DNA from: an uncultured delta proteobacterium
GTDB taxonomy: Bacteria > Myxococcota_A > Polyangia > Polyangiales > B10-G4
DNA: 64,000 nt
Assembly (NCBI GenBank): GCA_963727445.1
Contig: CAVSGI010000005.1
Coordinates: forward strand, 32,001-96,000
Direction of reading: 5' to 3'
The notes beneath the pieces are model-generated. The model saw nothing but the letters and a program-made list of their open reading frames with translations. It was not told the DNA's origin and made no database searches. This document shows, piece after piece, positions 1 through 11,065 of the stretch (its first letter is position 1; the number at the start of each line of letters is the position of its first letter). The position numbers and the translations under genes were made by a program.

Positions 1-613
1 GCTGGTCGACCTTCTTGCGCAAGCGGTGGACGAGGACGTCCACGACGTTCGTCTGCGGATCGAAGGAGTAGTCCCACACCGCTTCGAGGATCATGGTCTT
101 GCTGAGCACGCGCTCGGGGTTGCGGAGCAGGTATTCCAGGAGCGCCAGTTCCTTGGGCTGAAGGTCGAGGACTTCGCCCGCGCGAGTGACCCGACGCGAC
201 AAGAGGTCCATCTCGAGGTCCTCGTACGAAAGGACGTGGGACGAGCTGGCGTTCGACGCCCGGCGCACCAACGCGCCGAGGCGCGCCGCGAGCTCGGCGA
301 AAGAGAAGGGCTTGGTGAGGTAATCGTCGGCGCCGGCTTCGAGCCCCGCGACGCGATCGGTCACCGCGGTCTTTGCGCTCAAGACGAGGATCGGCGTGTC
401 GTTGCCACGGCTCCGGCTCTCGCGAATGACGCTGATGCCGTCGCGCTTCGGCAGCATGAGATCGACGATCGCGACGTCGTAGGGCGTCCCGCCCAGCCAG
501 CCGAGCCCGTCCTCTCCGTCGTGGGCCCAGTCGACCACGTGACCCTCCTGAGAGAGCCCCTTCACGACGAACTGGCCGATGCGAGAGTCGTCTTCGACCA
601 AGAGCACACGCAT
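1..613 (-). CDS. OmpR-family response regulator, CusR/CopR (heavy-metal) type; 3' end runs off the window
   Basis: Manual translation, not in the ORF track: MRVLLVEDDSRIGQFVVKGLSQEGHVVDW...YDVAIVDLMLPKRDG...GADDYLTKPFSF...DLQPKE...WDYSFDPQTNVVDVLVHRLRKKVD. The + strand ORF 26..841 is its shadow. Confidence 0.9.
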   Translation of the reverse strand, partial: MRVLLVEDDSRIGQFVVKGLSQEGHVVDWAHDGEDGLGWLGGTPYDVAIVDLMLPKRDGISVIRESRSRGNDTPILVLSAKTAVTDRVAGLEAGADDYLTKPFSFAELAARLGALVRRASNASSSHVLSYEDLEMDLLSRRVTRAGEVLDLQPKELALLEYLLRNPERVLSKTMILEAVWDYSFDPQTNVVDVLVHRLRKKVDQ

Positions 614-664
614 GATCAATTCATAGATTCGCGCGCCACGATCGCAAGGCCCGCCGCCCTTCGG

Positions 665-1486
665 TCAGCCGCTGATCATCGAGTGATCGCGCGGGACTAC
701 GCGCTCGATATCGGCGCTCTCCACCCAGCCGCGCTGGCCGCTCTGGGTCTGCACTTCCAGATAACCATCGTGGGTGCCGATCGCTTCCACCGTCTCGCCC
801 GGACGCAGCTCGAAGACCATTTCGGCGGCGTCGAAGGGTGAAACCCTGGCGACCGTCTCCGAGAGGGCCACCGCTTCGTCGGGACCGAAGGTGCCGAGCC
901 ACAGGGCGCCGGCCGCCAGCGCCGTGACCAGACCGCTGACGATCGACAGGCTGGTGACCACCGGGCCCACGCGTCGCCGGATGGCGACCAGGCCCGCGAG
1001 CAACACGAAGACGGCGAGCGCGCCGCCACCGAGGGCGAGCCAGCGCCGCGCCGGCACGAGCGACGCGAGGGTCTCGAGCTTCGACCGCTGTGGTGCGGTG
1101 ACGCCGGCGCGCTCCCGCGCTTCGGCGAGGCCCTCGGCGATGGCCGGGTCGTTCGGGGCGAGGAGGCGCGCCCGTTCGAAGGCGACGATGGCGTGGCCGA
1201 GCTCGTCCTGGGCGAGATAGGCCTCACCCAGGTTCTCGAGCACCCCAGGGGCGAAGCCGCAATCGTGCACGAGCGCCTCGAGCGCCATCTCGGCCTCGTC
1301 GTAGTCGCCCTGGGCGAGGCTCGTCGCGGCCTCGGCGAAGCGAGCGTCGCTGGTGGGGTCCTCGGCCCGCGCAAGGAGCGGGAAGCTCGCGAGCGCGAAG
1401 GCGAGGCCGAGGATGAATGCCGAGACGCCGTAGAGAGTGCGCGCGCGGCGGGGGGGCTGGGGCGATGTGTGCGTGGCGCGGTTCAT
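665..1486 (-). CDS. BatE-like TPR + TM + C-terminal SH3 protein
   Basis: ATG at 1486 overlaps the BatD stop; signal peptide, TPR (NLGEAYLAQDELGHAIVAFERARLLAP), two TM segments, SH3-like end (FELRPGETVE...GQRGWV); last bat position. Confidence 0.8.
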   Translation of the reverse strand: MNRATHTSPQPPRRARTLYGVSAFILGLAFALASFPLLARAEDPTSDARFAEAATSLAQGDYDEAEMALEALVHDCGFAPGVLENLGEAYLAQDELGHAIVAFERARLLAPNDPAIAEGLAEARERAGVTAPQRSKLETLASLVPARRWLALGGGALAVFVLLAGLVAIRRRVGPVVTSLSIVSGLVTALAAGALWLGTFGPDEAVALSETVARVSPFDAAEMVFELRPGETVEAIGTHDGYLEVQTQSGQRGWVESADIERVVPRDHSMISG

Positions 1487-3391
1487 GCGTCGGTCTCCTC
1501 TTCGAGGGTCTTCGTGAGGTGGTCGTACCAGTCGTGCAGGTTCTCGTGGTCGAGCTGGGCGTCGCCGAAGCTGACGGCGTCGGCGTGCCCGAGGGCCATC
1601 GCGACCACGACCGGCAGGTCGTCGAGTCGCTCCTCCAGCTCGGTCAGCGTCACGGAGGCGGGCTCGACGCCGAGCTTCGCGCCGTAACGCTGCTGGATCG
1701 CCGCTCTGGCCGCGAGGAAGAAGCCGTGGGCGTCTCCGCTCTTCACGGTTGCACGCATCTGGCGCTTCGCCTTGCGGTAGCCGCGGCGGTGATGTCGCGC
1801 GAGGGAGCGCCGGCTCGAGGCGCCCTCGTCGCGTCGGCGGAAGGCCAGCGCGCCGCCGAGGGACAGGCCCATGATGAGGAGCGCCGCCCCGAAGGGCCAC
1901 GGGCTCCTCGGCAGAGCGCTGAGGGAGGAGACGTAGGCGCCCGGCGCGCTCGCGATCCGCGGAGGCGTCGGACCGAAGCCGTCCTCGGCGCTGGCCGAGA
2001 GGCTCTCCGAAACCGTCGCCTCGTCACTCGAGGGGAGCACCTGCACCGAGAGCGGGGACGTGGTGACCGTCTGGTAGGTCGCGGTCTCCGCGTCGTAGTA
2101 GGAGAGCGAGAGCGCTCCGACCTCGAGGGTCCCGTCGTGGATGGGCACCAGGTTCTGCTCGAAGACCTTCTCGCTGTCGCCGGCCATCGACGACGTCACG
2201 GGATAGACGCGGAAGTCGCTGGAACCATCCGCCACCAGGTCGTGATGAACGCGATCGAAGGTGCCCTCGCCGCGCACGTGGAGGCTGAGGGTGATGGGCT
2301 CGCCCACGTGCACTTCGCCGGGGCTCACGTCCGCCGAGATCTCGAAGTGACCCACGGCGCCGTCGTAGCCCTCGGGCCGGCCCTCTTCGGGCGGCTCGGT
2401 CACACGGACGGTGCCGACGTCACCCTCGAGGGTCACGTTCGCCGAGTGAGAGGCGCCGAAGCCCGTCGAGAAGAAGGAGCCGAAGCCGCCGAAAGACGAG
2501 CCGGAGAACATCGTGGACAAGGGGCTCGGCATGCCGCCGAAGGCGGGGTCGTTGGCGAGGCGATCGAAGAGCGAGCCGAAGCGGTCGCCCCCGAAGGGTC
2601 GCTGCTCTTCGGTGCGCACCAGGTCGCGCCACTCGAGGGTGGCGGGCATCGAGACCTTGACCTCGTGCTCGCCGGGCAGGACCGCCGTCATCTTGCCGCG
2701 CCAGGTGAGCGTGGCGTAGGGGGTGCCCCGCACCTCGGCGCGGCCCTGCTTGGGGTCACTGACGAGGTCGTGGATCGCGAAGGCATCCGAGCTCAGCTCG
2801 GGGGCGCCGGTGATGGTGCCCGCGGTGCCCGCCTTCACGTAGGCGCGCACAGTGACCGGGACCGACTCGCCGATCACCAGCTCCTCCTTCGGCACGTGCA
2901 CCCGAAGGAAGGCGCGACGACCGGTGGGCTCGGGGAGCACCGTCGACTTCGTGCTCGACGAGGGCGGCCCTGCGGCGCGGCTCGACAGCGGTCCCGAGGC
3001 GGGAGCGCGCGCGCCCGTGCCGGCCGGGCGTACGTCGAGGTGCACCGGGTTCGCCTGGCCGGCGCCCGCGGTGATCGGCCCGATGTCGAGCAATCCCGCG
3101 CGTGTGGGGACGACGTCGTAGATGTAGCTCGTCTGGCGGGAGACGGCGCCGTTCATGATGGAGATCTGCTCGAGAGGTCCCCAGGCTCGTGATGGACGCG
3201 CCAGCGGCGGCGGGCACGTTGGGCGTCGCGCCGCCCCCGTCGTCTTCGACGGTGACGGTCAGCCGCGCCGGCTCGCCGACCTCGACCTCCGACCGGGAGA
3301 GTCGCGCCGTGACGCGCGGCGCCGCCAGCGCCGCGAGGGCGGGAAGGAGGGCCACGACGAGCGTGGCTGCGATCAACGGAATGCGCTTCAT
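1483..3391 (-). CDS. BatD-like protein (one +1 frameshift at ~3172)
   Basis: Signal peptide MKRIPLIAATLVV, ARLSRSEVEVGEPARLTVTV, GAVGHFEISA..GEPITLSLHVRGEG, C-terminal TM; the two ORF pieces join if one base is removed. Confidence 0.85.
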
Positions 3392-3399
3392 CGGATACC

Positions 3400-5519
3400 T
3401 CACCAGTTCCTCACTGTCGTTTGATCTTCGGGGGCTCGCTCGCCTCGGCGGCGGGAGAGCGGGAAGCGACGCTCCTCGTTCTCGAGGGATCGCAAGAGGG
3501 CTTCTGCCTGCTCGCGGCTCAGTCGGCCCTGGGGCTCGCCGTAGCCGGTGGAGCCGCCGAAGGAAGGCTGCTCCTCGGCCTGGCCTTCCTGTGGCGCCTG
3601 GCCCTGCCCACCCTGGCCGCTGTGCTGCTGGTCCTGCTCGCCGTTCTGCGACTCTTGGTCCTGCTGCTGTCCCTGGCCGCTGTGCTGCTGGTCCTGCTCG
3701 CCGTTCTGCGACTGCGGGTCCTGTTGGCCCTCGCCGCCTTGCTGCTGCTGGTCCTGCTCGCCGTTCTGCGACTGCGGGTCCTGTTGGCCCTCGCCGCCTT
3801 GCTGCTGCTGGTCCTGCTGGCCCTGACCATTCTGCTGCTGGTCTTGTTGACCCTCGCCGCCTTGCTGCTGCTGGTCCTGTTGATCGCCGCCGCTCTGCTG
3901 TTGGTCTTGCTGGTCTTCTTGCTGCTGCTGGTCTTGCTGCTGCTCTTCCTCTTCGAGGGCGGCGAGGCGGCGCTTGACGAGCTCGAGGTTGTAGCGGGCG
4001 TCCTCGTCATCCTCGTCGAGGGACAGGGCGCTCTCGTAGCTCTCGATGGCCGCCTGCCAGTCGGCCTTCGTCCGTTCGCGATCCTCGTCGAGGGACGCTT
4101 CACCCCGGCGGAACTGCGCGTTGCCGCGGTCGTAGTAGGCGTGCTCTTGAAGCGCGGGCGAGCCCGCCTCGATCGCGCCGTCGAGCGCCTCGACCGCCGC
4201 GTCCCAGTCGCCCTCGCGATAGGCCGCGACGCCTTCGTTGTAGCGGTGCGCCGGCTGCTCGCTGGCGTCGCTCTCCGACCAGAGCGTGCGCGCGCGCCCG
4301 TACTCGCCCTTCGCGTACGCGCTCTGCGCTTGCTGGGCGCGTTCGACGTCGTTGCCGAAGAGCCATCCGAAGAGCGAGTGGTCCTGCGCCTGCGCCATCG
4401 AAGGCTGCGCGAGGGCGAGGATGCTCAGGGCCGCAGCCGCCGCCGCGCCGGAGAGCGCCGGGGTCACCCTCTGCCGTGCGCGCTTCCGCACGCCCTTGCG
4501 CCAAAGGCCCCGGAAGCGTCGCTCACCCACGAGCGGCTCGAGGAGGAGCAGGAGGAGCCCCAGCGCGAGCGGCCACATATAGCGCTCGTGGTAGACGCGG
4601 TGCCGTCGCGCGGCGACGGCGTGGCGCGGCAGCTGCGCGAGGTGCGCGGCGTAGAGGCGCTCGAGGCCGTTGCCGCTGGGGCCGAGCGGCTCGTACGCGC
4701 CGCCGGTGCGCTCGGCGATGGTGCGAAGCGTCTCCGCATCGAGGGCGGAGTGAACCGGCTCGCCGTTTTCGTCGCGGACGAGGGTGGGGCGGCCATCGGG
4801 CCCGGGGGCCGTGAGCGTCGTCCCGCCGGGGGTGCCGACGCCGACGGTGAAGATCCGGACGCCGGCCTCCGCGGCTTCGTCGGCGGCTGCGAGGGCGTCG
4901 CCTTCGAGGTTCTCTCCGTCCGTGATGAGAACGAGGAGCTTCTGGTCTGCGACGTTGCCGAAGGCCGCCGTCGCCTCGCGAATGGCGCCGCCCAGGTCGG
5001 TCCCGCCTCTGCGGGATCACGTTGGTGTCGAGGGCCGCGAGGGAGCGCTCGAAGACGTTGCGATCCGTCGTCATCGGCACCTCGAGGAACGCCTCGCCCG
5101 CGAAGGCGACGAGCCCCGCGCGATCGCCCTCGAACTCGCGCACCAGGTCGCTCACCGCGAGCTTGGCCCGCGTGAGTCGGTCCGGCGCGATGTCGCTGGC
5201 GAGCATGCTGCGCGAGGTGTCGATGGCGAAGAGGATGTCGACACCGAGGCGCTCGGTCTCCTCGTAGTGGTAGCCCCACTTCGGCCCGGCCATCGCGACG
5301 AAGAGGCTCGCGAGTCCGGTGGTGAGGAGGCCGAGCTTGACGCGCGCGCCGGAGTGGGCTCGCCGAGGTGGCGAGGGCGCCGAGGCCGCTGCCGGCGAAG
5401 GCGCGGAGCGCCCGCTTTCTCCGGAGGTTGGCGACGAACGCGAGCACGAGGAGCGCGGCCACGGCGACCGCGCCGTAGACGAGCCATTCGGGCTGGGAGA
5501 AGTGGATGTCGGGGATCAT
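3400..5519 (-). CDS. BatB-BatC fusion: vWA domain + TPR + Gln-rich linker (frameshifts near ~5350 and ~5010)
   Basis: HFSQPEW N-terminus, MIDAS DTSRSM, GLVAFAGEAF, TPRs (YNEGVAAYR, YYDRGNAQFR, ARYNLELVKR), Q-rich tract, AEALLRSLE...RNW end. Confidence 0.8.
3600..3945 (-). repeat. Coding tandem repeat, 60-bp unit (QDQQQQGGEGQQDPQSQNGE-like)
   Basis: Consecutive 60-nt lines from 3601 to 3840 are near-identical and decay towards 3945. Confidence 0.95.
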
Positions 5520-5541
5520 CACGAAAGCCTTTCTCTGTCGC

Positions 5542-6552
5542 TCAGGGGATGCGGCGCCGCACGCCGAAGCCGAGGAGGAGCTCGAGCCCGAAGAGGCCCA
5601 GCCCCGGCAGGAGGAACATCGCGTAGCGCTCGTCGAAGCTCTCGAAGCGCTCGATGCTGCGCGTGGTGGTCTCCATCTGGTCGATCTGCGCGTAGGTCGA
5701 CGACAGGGAGGCCATGTCGGTGGCACGGAAGAACGTGCCGCCCGTGGCGCTTGCGATCTGGGTGAGCGTCTCCTCGTCGACCTCGACGTCGGTGCGCACG
5801 ATGCGCTCGCGGCCCTGGTCGTCGCGGATGGGGATGAGCGCCTCACCATCGACGCCGACGCCGATGGAGTAGACCTTCACACCCATCGACTTCGCGGTCT
5901 CGGCGGCCAGCGACGGCTGGATGGTGCCGGAGTTGTTCACGCCGTCGGTGAGGAGCACGACGATGCGCGAGTCGCTCGGCGTCTCGCCTTCATCGTCGGT
6001 CACCCGGTCGGTCGCGGAGGCGAGGGCCGAGCCGATCGCCGTGCCGTCCTCGACGATGCCCGTCTGGAGGCGGTCGAGGTTCTGCACCAACCAGTCGTGG
6101 TCGAGGGTCAGCGGGCTCACCAGGTAGGGCGCGCCCGCGAAGGCGATGAGCCCGATGCGGTCGTTGGGGCGGGCCTCGATGAACTCGGCGACCACCTTCT
6201 TCACCGCCTCGAGGCGGCTCTCGGGCGCTTCGGGGGTGCCCATGTCGCGCGCCTCCATCGAGCTCGAGACGTCGACCGCGAGCATGATGTCGATGCCGCT
6301 CGCGTCGATACGCGTCGAGGCATGGCTCATGCGCGGGCCGGCGAGGGCCAGCACCAGGAGCGCCGCCGCCGGGACGCGCAGCAGCGGCAAGAACCCGACG
6401 ATTCGACTCTTGAGCGAGCGTCCCGCGGCGCCGGCGAGCTTGGTGCTCGAGAAGCGGATCGCCGGGGCGCCGCCCCTGCGGCCCCGAATGAAGAGCCAGA
6501 GGGGCAAGAGGGCGAGGAGCGCGAGGAGCTCCGGGCGGGCGAACGTGATCAC
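5542..6552 (-). CDS. BatA-like vWA domain protein
   Basis: FARPELL N-terminal TM, MIDAS DVSSSM, DRIGLIAFAG, GTAIGSAL, LLTDGVNNSG. Confidence 0.92.
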   Translation of the reverse strand: MITFARPELLALLALLPLWLFIRGRRGGAPAIRFSSTKLAGAAGRSLKSRIVGFLPLLRVPAAALLVLALAGPRMSHASTRIDASGIDIMLAVDVSSSMEARDMGTPEAPESRLEAVKKVVAEFIEARPNDRIGLIAFAGAPYLVSPLTLDHDWLVQNLDRLQTGIVEDGTAIGSALASATDRVTDDEGETPSDSRIVVLLTDGVNNSGTIQPSLAAETAKSMGVKVYSIGVGVDGEALIPIRDDQGRERIVRTDVEVDEETLTQIASATGGTFFRATDMASLSSTYAQIDQMETTTRSIERFESFDERYAMFLLPGLGLFGLELLLGFGVRRRIP

Positions 6553-7181
6553 AGGGCACCTCCTTGTCGGGCGGTCTCGGCCTTCTTCGCCTTCTTCTCC
6601 GTCTTGTCGTCGTCACGCGCGCGCTCGACGAACGCGCGCGCCGCGTCGGCGACGGATCGGATCTCCATCGCGCCGATGTCCGCCCCGGCGTACTTCACGA
6701 GGTCGGTGAAGCGCAGCAGCTCGGAGAGCTGGCCCTGGTGCTTGCCGAGGGGCGAATCTGGATCGGCGGCGAGCTGGTCCAGGAGCTCCTCGGTCGTCTG
6801 GGATGGAGCCTCGACCGAAAAGCGCGCCTCGATGTAGGCGCGGACGGCCTCGGTGACCTCGTAGGCGAAGGTCTTGGTGCCCGTCTCGTTCACCCGCGCT
6901 CGGGCCTGCTCGATGCGCGCGAGGGCGACCTCCGCCGGCGTCTTCGGGCGCGAGAAGTAGCGCACGATGGCGCGGGCCACGAAGAACAGCGCGATGGCGA
7001 TGGCGGCGGCGAGGAGGATCGCCGGCACGCTCTGCCACCAGGGGGCCGCTTCGAGCATCGGGCCGTGCACGTCGCGAATGTCTTCGATGGCCTCGGGCGC
7101 CGCCCCCTGTTGGGCCAGGGCGTTCGTCGCGTAGAGAAGCGTCGGGGCGAAGCCCGCGGCGATGTTCAGGATCTTCTTCAC
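6549..7181 (-). CDS. DUF4381-like membrane protein of bat operons
   Basis: EDIRDVHGP, single TM, QTTEELL, DLVKYA; lies between DUF58 and BatA. Confidence 0.75.
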   Translation of the reverse strand: MKKILNIAAGFAPTLLYATNALAQQGAAPEAIEDIRDVHGPMLEAAPWWQSVPAILLAAAIAIALFFVARAIVRYFSRPKTPAEVALARIEQARARVNETGTKTFAYEVTEAVRAYIEARFSVEAPSQTTEELLDQLAADPDSPLGKHQGQLSELLRFTDLVKYAGADIGAMEIRSVADAARAFVERARDDDKTEKKAKKAETARQGGAL

Positions 7182-8098
7182 GAGAGCCTCCTCGCCCGAC
7201 GGCGAAAGAACGTGTAGAGGGCAAGGGTCGGGTCCTCGTCCGTGCCCACACCGACGACGTCGACCTGGGCGCGGCGGAGCGCGTCCGTCAGCGCGCCGAG
7301 ATACTTCGCCGTCTCGATGCGGTACTGCTCGCGCACCTTCTTCGAACCGGTGTCGATCTCGACCATCTCGCCGGTCTCCGCGTCCTCGAGCGCGACGAGC
7401 CCCACGTTCGGGAGCTCGCCTTCGCGCGGGTCGTGCACGCGGACGGCGACCAGGTCGTGCTTCATGCGGGTGAGCGTCATGGCGTGCTCGAGCTCCTCCA
7501 TGTCGCGGGCGCGATCGCCGTTGGTGAGGAAGTCGCTCACCAAGAAGACGATCCCGCGCCGCTTCATCGCCCGGTTCACGAAGTCCAGGCCGAGCTCGAG
7601 ATCGGTGCCGCGTCCCTCGGGCTCCGCCGCGAGGATCTCCCGGATGATCCGAAGGACGTGGCGGCGGCCCTTGCCCGGCGGCACGTAGCGCTCGACCCGA
7701 TCGCTCACGAGCAACAGGCCCACCCGGTCCGAGCTGCGGATGGCGCTGAAGGCCAGGGCGCTCGCGAGCCGTGCTGCCAGCTCACGCTTGTCGCGGTCGG
7801 CGGTCCCGAGCTCGTTGGACGCGCTCACGTCGACGACCAGCATCAACGTCAGCGTTCGCTCCTCGACGTGCTCCTTGACGAAGGGACGGCCGGTGCGCGC
7901 GGTCACGTTCCAGTCGATCGAGCGGATGTCGTCGCCGGGGACGTATTCGCGCGCCTGGTCGAAGTCGATGCCGCGGCCGCGGAAGACCGAGCGGTACTGT
8001 CCGCTCAGGACTTCCTCGACCTTGCGGCGCGTGCTGAGCTCGATGGCGCGCACGTCGCTCAGGACTTCGCTCAGGGCGTCGTCGACGGGCTGCTTCAT
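7178..8098 (-). CDS. DUF58 family protein
   Basis: GQYRSVFRGRGIDFDQAREYVPGDDIRSIDWNVTAR, VDVSAS; own ATG at 8098. Confidence 0.92.
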   Translation of the reverse strand: MKQPVDDALSEVLSDVRAIELSTRRKVEEVLSGQYRSVFRGRGIDFDQAREYVPGDDIRSIDWNVTARTGRPFVKEHVEERTLTLMLVVDVSASNELGTADRDKRELAARLASALAFSAIRSSDRVGLLLVSDRVERYVPPGKGRRHVLRIIREILAAEPEGRGTDLELGLDFVNRAMKRRGIVFLVSDFLTNGDRARDMEELEHAMTLTRMKHDLVAVRVHDPREGELPNVGLVALEDAETGEMVEIDTGSKKVREQYRIETAKYLGALTDALRRAQVDVVGVGTDEDPTLALYTFFRRRARRLS

Positions 8099-8106
8099 GG
8101 CGCGCC

Positions 8107-9139
<1,033 letters not shown>

Positions 9140-9214
9140 GGCTCGGTCTCCTGGTGTGCCGCGTGGCTCCCTCGCCACGTCGAAGCACAACCTGAAGTCC
9201 GAACCTTTCAGGCA

Positions 9215-9267
9215 CCTGACCGGAACATTACGGCTCTGTCATGTTCCGCCCAGAGGGCTCTGTGATG
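9215..9267 (-). promoter_or_regulatory. cop-box-like operator upstream of the moxR-bat operon
   Basis: Minus strand reads ATGACA-gagc-CGTAAT-gttccg-GTCAG; CGGAACAT/ATGTTCCG inverted repeat (9221-9248); GGCTCTGT(C/G)ATG repeated at 9232 and 9256. Confidence 0.6.
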
Positions 9268-9283
9268 CCGCCCGTGGGGCGGA

Positions 9284-10480
9284 TCAGGGGACTTGCTGAG
9301 AGCGGAGCCCGCGAAGGGTGATGCTGGTCACCGCATTCGGGAAGACCCGGGCCCGGTACCAGCCGAGGCTCACGCTCGCGCCGTCCACGCTGCCCACCGC
9401 GGCCACCTGGACCGGCCCCGCGGGGACGTCGAGCGCCGCGTAGAGGCCGAGGAGGCTCGTCCCTTCGGAGCGGCCCATGACCGGCAGCGGGTTCGAGGGG
9501 TTGTCGTTGAAGTACACCAGCGTCACCGGCTCCGGGTAGACGCCCACCTGAGCGAACTCGAGCCGGATGTTGGCGCAGTCGTGGATCTCGCCGGCGACGG
9601 CACCGTTGCCGGAGGTGATGCCGGAGGGCAACCCCGCGGTGAGGGGGATCGAGTTGTAATCGGAGCGGGAGAGCACGTTCGCGTCGTAGCTGTAGCGCGG
9701 GCCGGCGGGCTGGTCGCCGCAGGCTTCCCCCGCCGCGCCATCTTCGACCTCGTCGTTCAGGATCTGCACGTTGTAGGTGTAGAGCTCGCGCCAGAAGTCG
9801 GCGGCGCCGCTGGTCTTGATGATCAGGGGCGTCTCGGTCGGGATGTTCTCGATGCTGTAGAAGCCCAGATCGCGCGTGCCGATCGGCATGTCGTTGTCGT
9901 ATTCGGTCTCGGTCTTCGCGCAGTCGCTCGAGGTGTCCGAGGTGGCCATGCCGAGGAGCGGGCCGAGGTCGCCGTCGGGACCCTCCTGGTAGACCTCGAC
10001 CACGATCCCGTTGGCGTCGCCGCCGTTGCCGAAGACGTCGGTCACGCCGTAGAGCGTCACCATCTGCGTGTCGCCGGTCGTGAGGTAGCCGCTCTCCATC
10101 ATGCAGCTGAGGTCGGGCGCGCCGTTCGCCGCGGAGGGATCGCAGTCGTCGTCCGCCTGGGTGCGGGGCACGCCGCCTTCGGTGGGGAGCTCCGAGCAAC
10201 CCACCCGGTTGGTGGCGAAGGTCGCATCGGGATCCGGATCCCGCACGCACACGCAGGCGCTGCGCGTGTTCATGAAGGGGCAGCTATCGGAGCTGTCGAG
10301 GCAGGGGTCGGAGAAGACGTCGTCGTAGAGGATGCCGTTGTCCGTCCCGCCATCGCCGCCGCCATCGCCCATGCTGCCGTCGGGGGTGCCGGAGTCCGTG
10401 GTCACCGTCCCATCGTCGCCGCAGGCGACGACGAAGAGAGCGGAAAGGATCGAGACGAGAAGAAAGCGAGGAACGTACAC
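9284..10480 (-). CDS. Cys- and Asp-rich lipoprotein, unknown function
   Basis: Lipobox LFVVAC followed by a GDDG linker; beta-rich C-terminus; coding-type codon usage. Confidence 0.75.
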   Translation of the reverse strand: MYVPRFLLVSILSALFVVACGDDGTVTTDSGTPDGSMGDGGGDGGTDNGILYDDVFSDPCLDSSDSCPFMNTRSACVCVRDPDPDATFATNRVGCSELPTEGGVPRTQADDDCDPSAANGAPDLSCMMESGYLTTGDTQMVTLYGVTDVFGNGGDANGIVVEVYQEGPDGDLGPLLGMATSDTSSDCAKTETEYDNDMPIGTRDLGFYSIENIPTETPLIIKTSGAADFWRELYTYNVQILNDEVEDGAAGEACGDQPAGPRYSYDANVLSRSDYNSIPLTAGLPSGITSGNGAVAGEIHDCANIRLEFAQVGVYPEPVTLVYFNDNPSNPLPVMGRSEGTSLLGLYAALDVPAGPVQVAAVGSVDGASVSLGWYRARVFPNAVTSITLRGLRSQQVP

Positions 10481-10707
10481 AGAAGCCTCCCGGAGGGCGA
10501 AACCGGGGGCGGCTCCCCCGACGACCAAAAGCCGAACCGACTCGGCTTTTAGGCAGGAGCGAGCGATTGGTCAAGCCGGGGGGTGGGGGTCGGTGGCGCA
10601 GGGCACGGGCGCAAACGGGCAGGGGAGGGGATGGTGGGGCAGCCCCGCTTTTGACACCCACCCCCCGTTTGTGGATGAATCGGCTCCCAGGGAGGCCCCG
10701 AAGAGAT

Positions 10708-10971
10708 ATGGCCCTGATCGAGACCGAAGAAGCGGCCCGTCGTTTGGCGCGGGCGATCGCCAGCGACCTTTCGCTCTACAACGAAGAGAAGATCACCGAG
10801 GGTGTGACAAACGACAATCTCTTCGATGTGCTCTCGGACGAGATCGAGGAGGGTCGCGCCCTCTTCAAGAGTCGCGTCGCGCCGGACCTCTACGCCAGGA
10901 ACTATTACGACCGCGCCATCATCGACATCCTCGTGCGGTCGAAGGGGCACGTCGAGTCCCCGCTCTGGTGA
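10708..10971 (+). CDS. romX: RomX-like polarity protein (partner of RomR in the MglA GEF)
   Basis: 87 aa, RLARAIASDLSLYNEEKI...EIEEGRALFKSRV...RSKGHVESPLW; closely resembles the recalled M. xanthus RomX sequence; adjacent to an RluD gene. Confidence 0.75.
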   Translation: MALIETEEAARRLARAIASDLSLYNEEKITEGVTNDNLFDVLSDEIEEGRALFKSRVAPDLYARNYYDRAIIDILVRSKGHVESPLW

Positions 10972-11065
10972 GCATCCCACGAGAAGGCGTGGCGACGCCG
11001 GAGCGGAGCAGCGACTCAGGGCGGGCGTAGCCCGACCGCAGTCGCAGCGCAGCGCAGGCGCCGCC

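Noticed and set aside
26..841. Long antisense and alternate-frame ORFs here and throughout (e.g. 1417-3192, 7433-9265, 33990-35939)
   Set aside because: Expected in high-GC DNA; they overlap genes with clear family motifs and have none of their own.
3600..3945. Possible CRISPR array from the 60-bp periodicity
   Set aside because: No unique spacers, in-frame coding repeat, and no cas genes.
10575..10680. G-run tract (possible G-quadruplex) and TTGACA upstream of romX
   Set aside because: G-runs are common at this GC content, and no convincing -10 lies at the right spacing.
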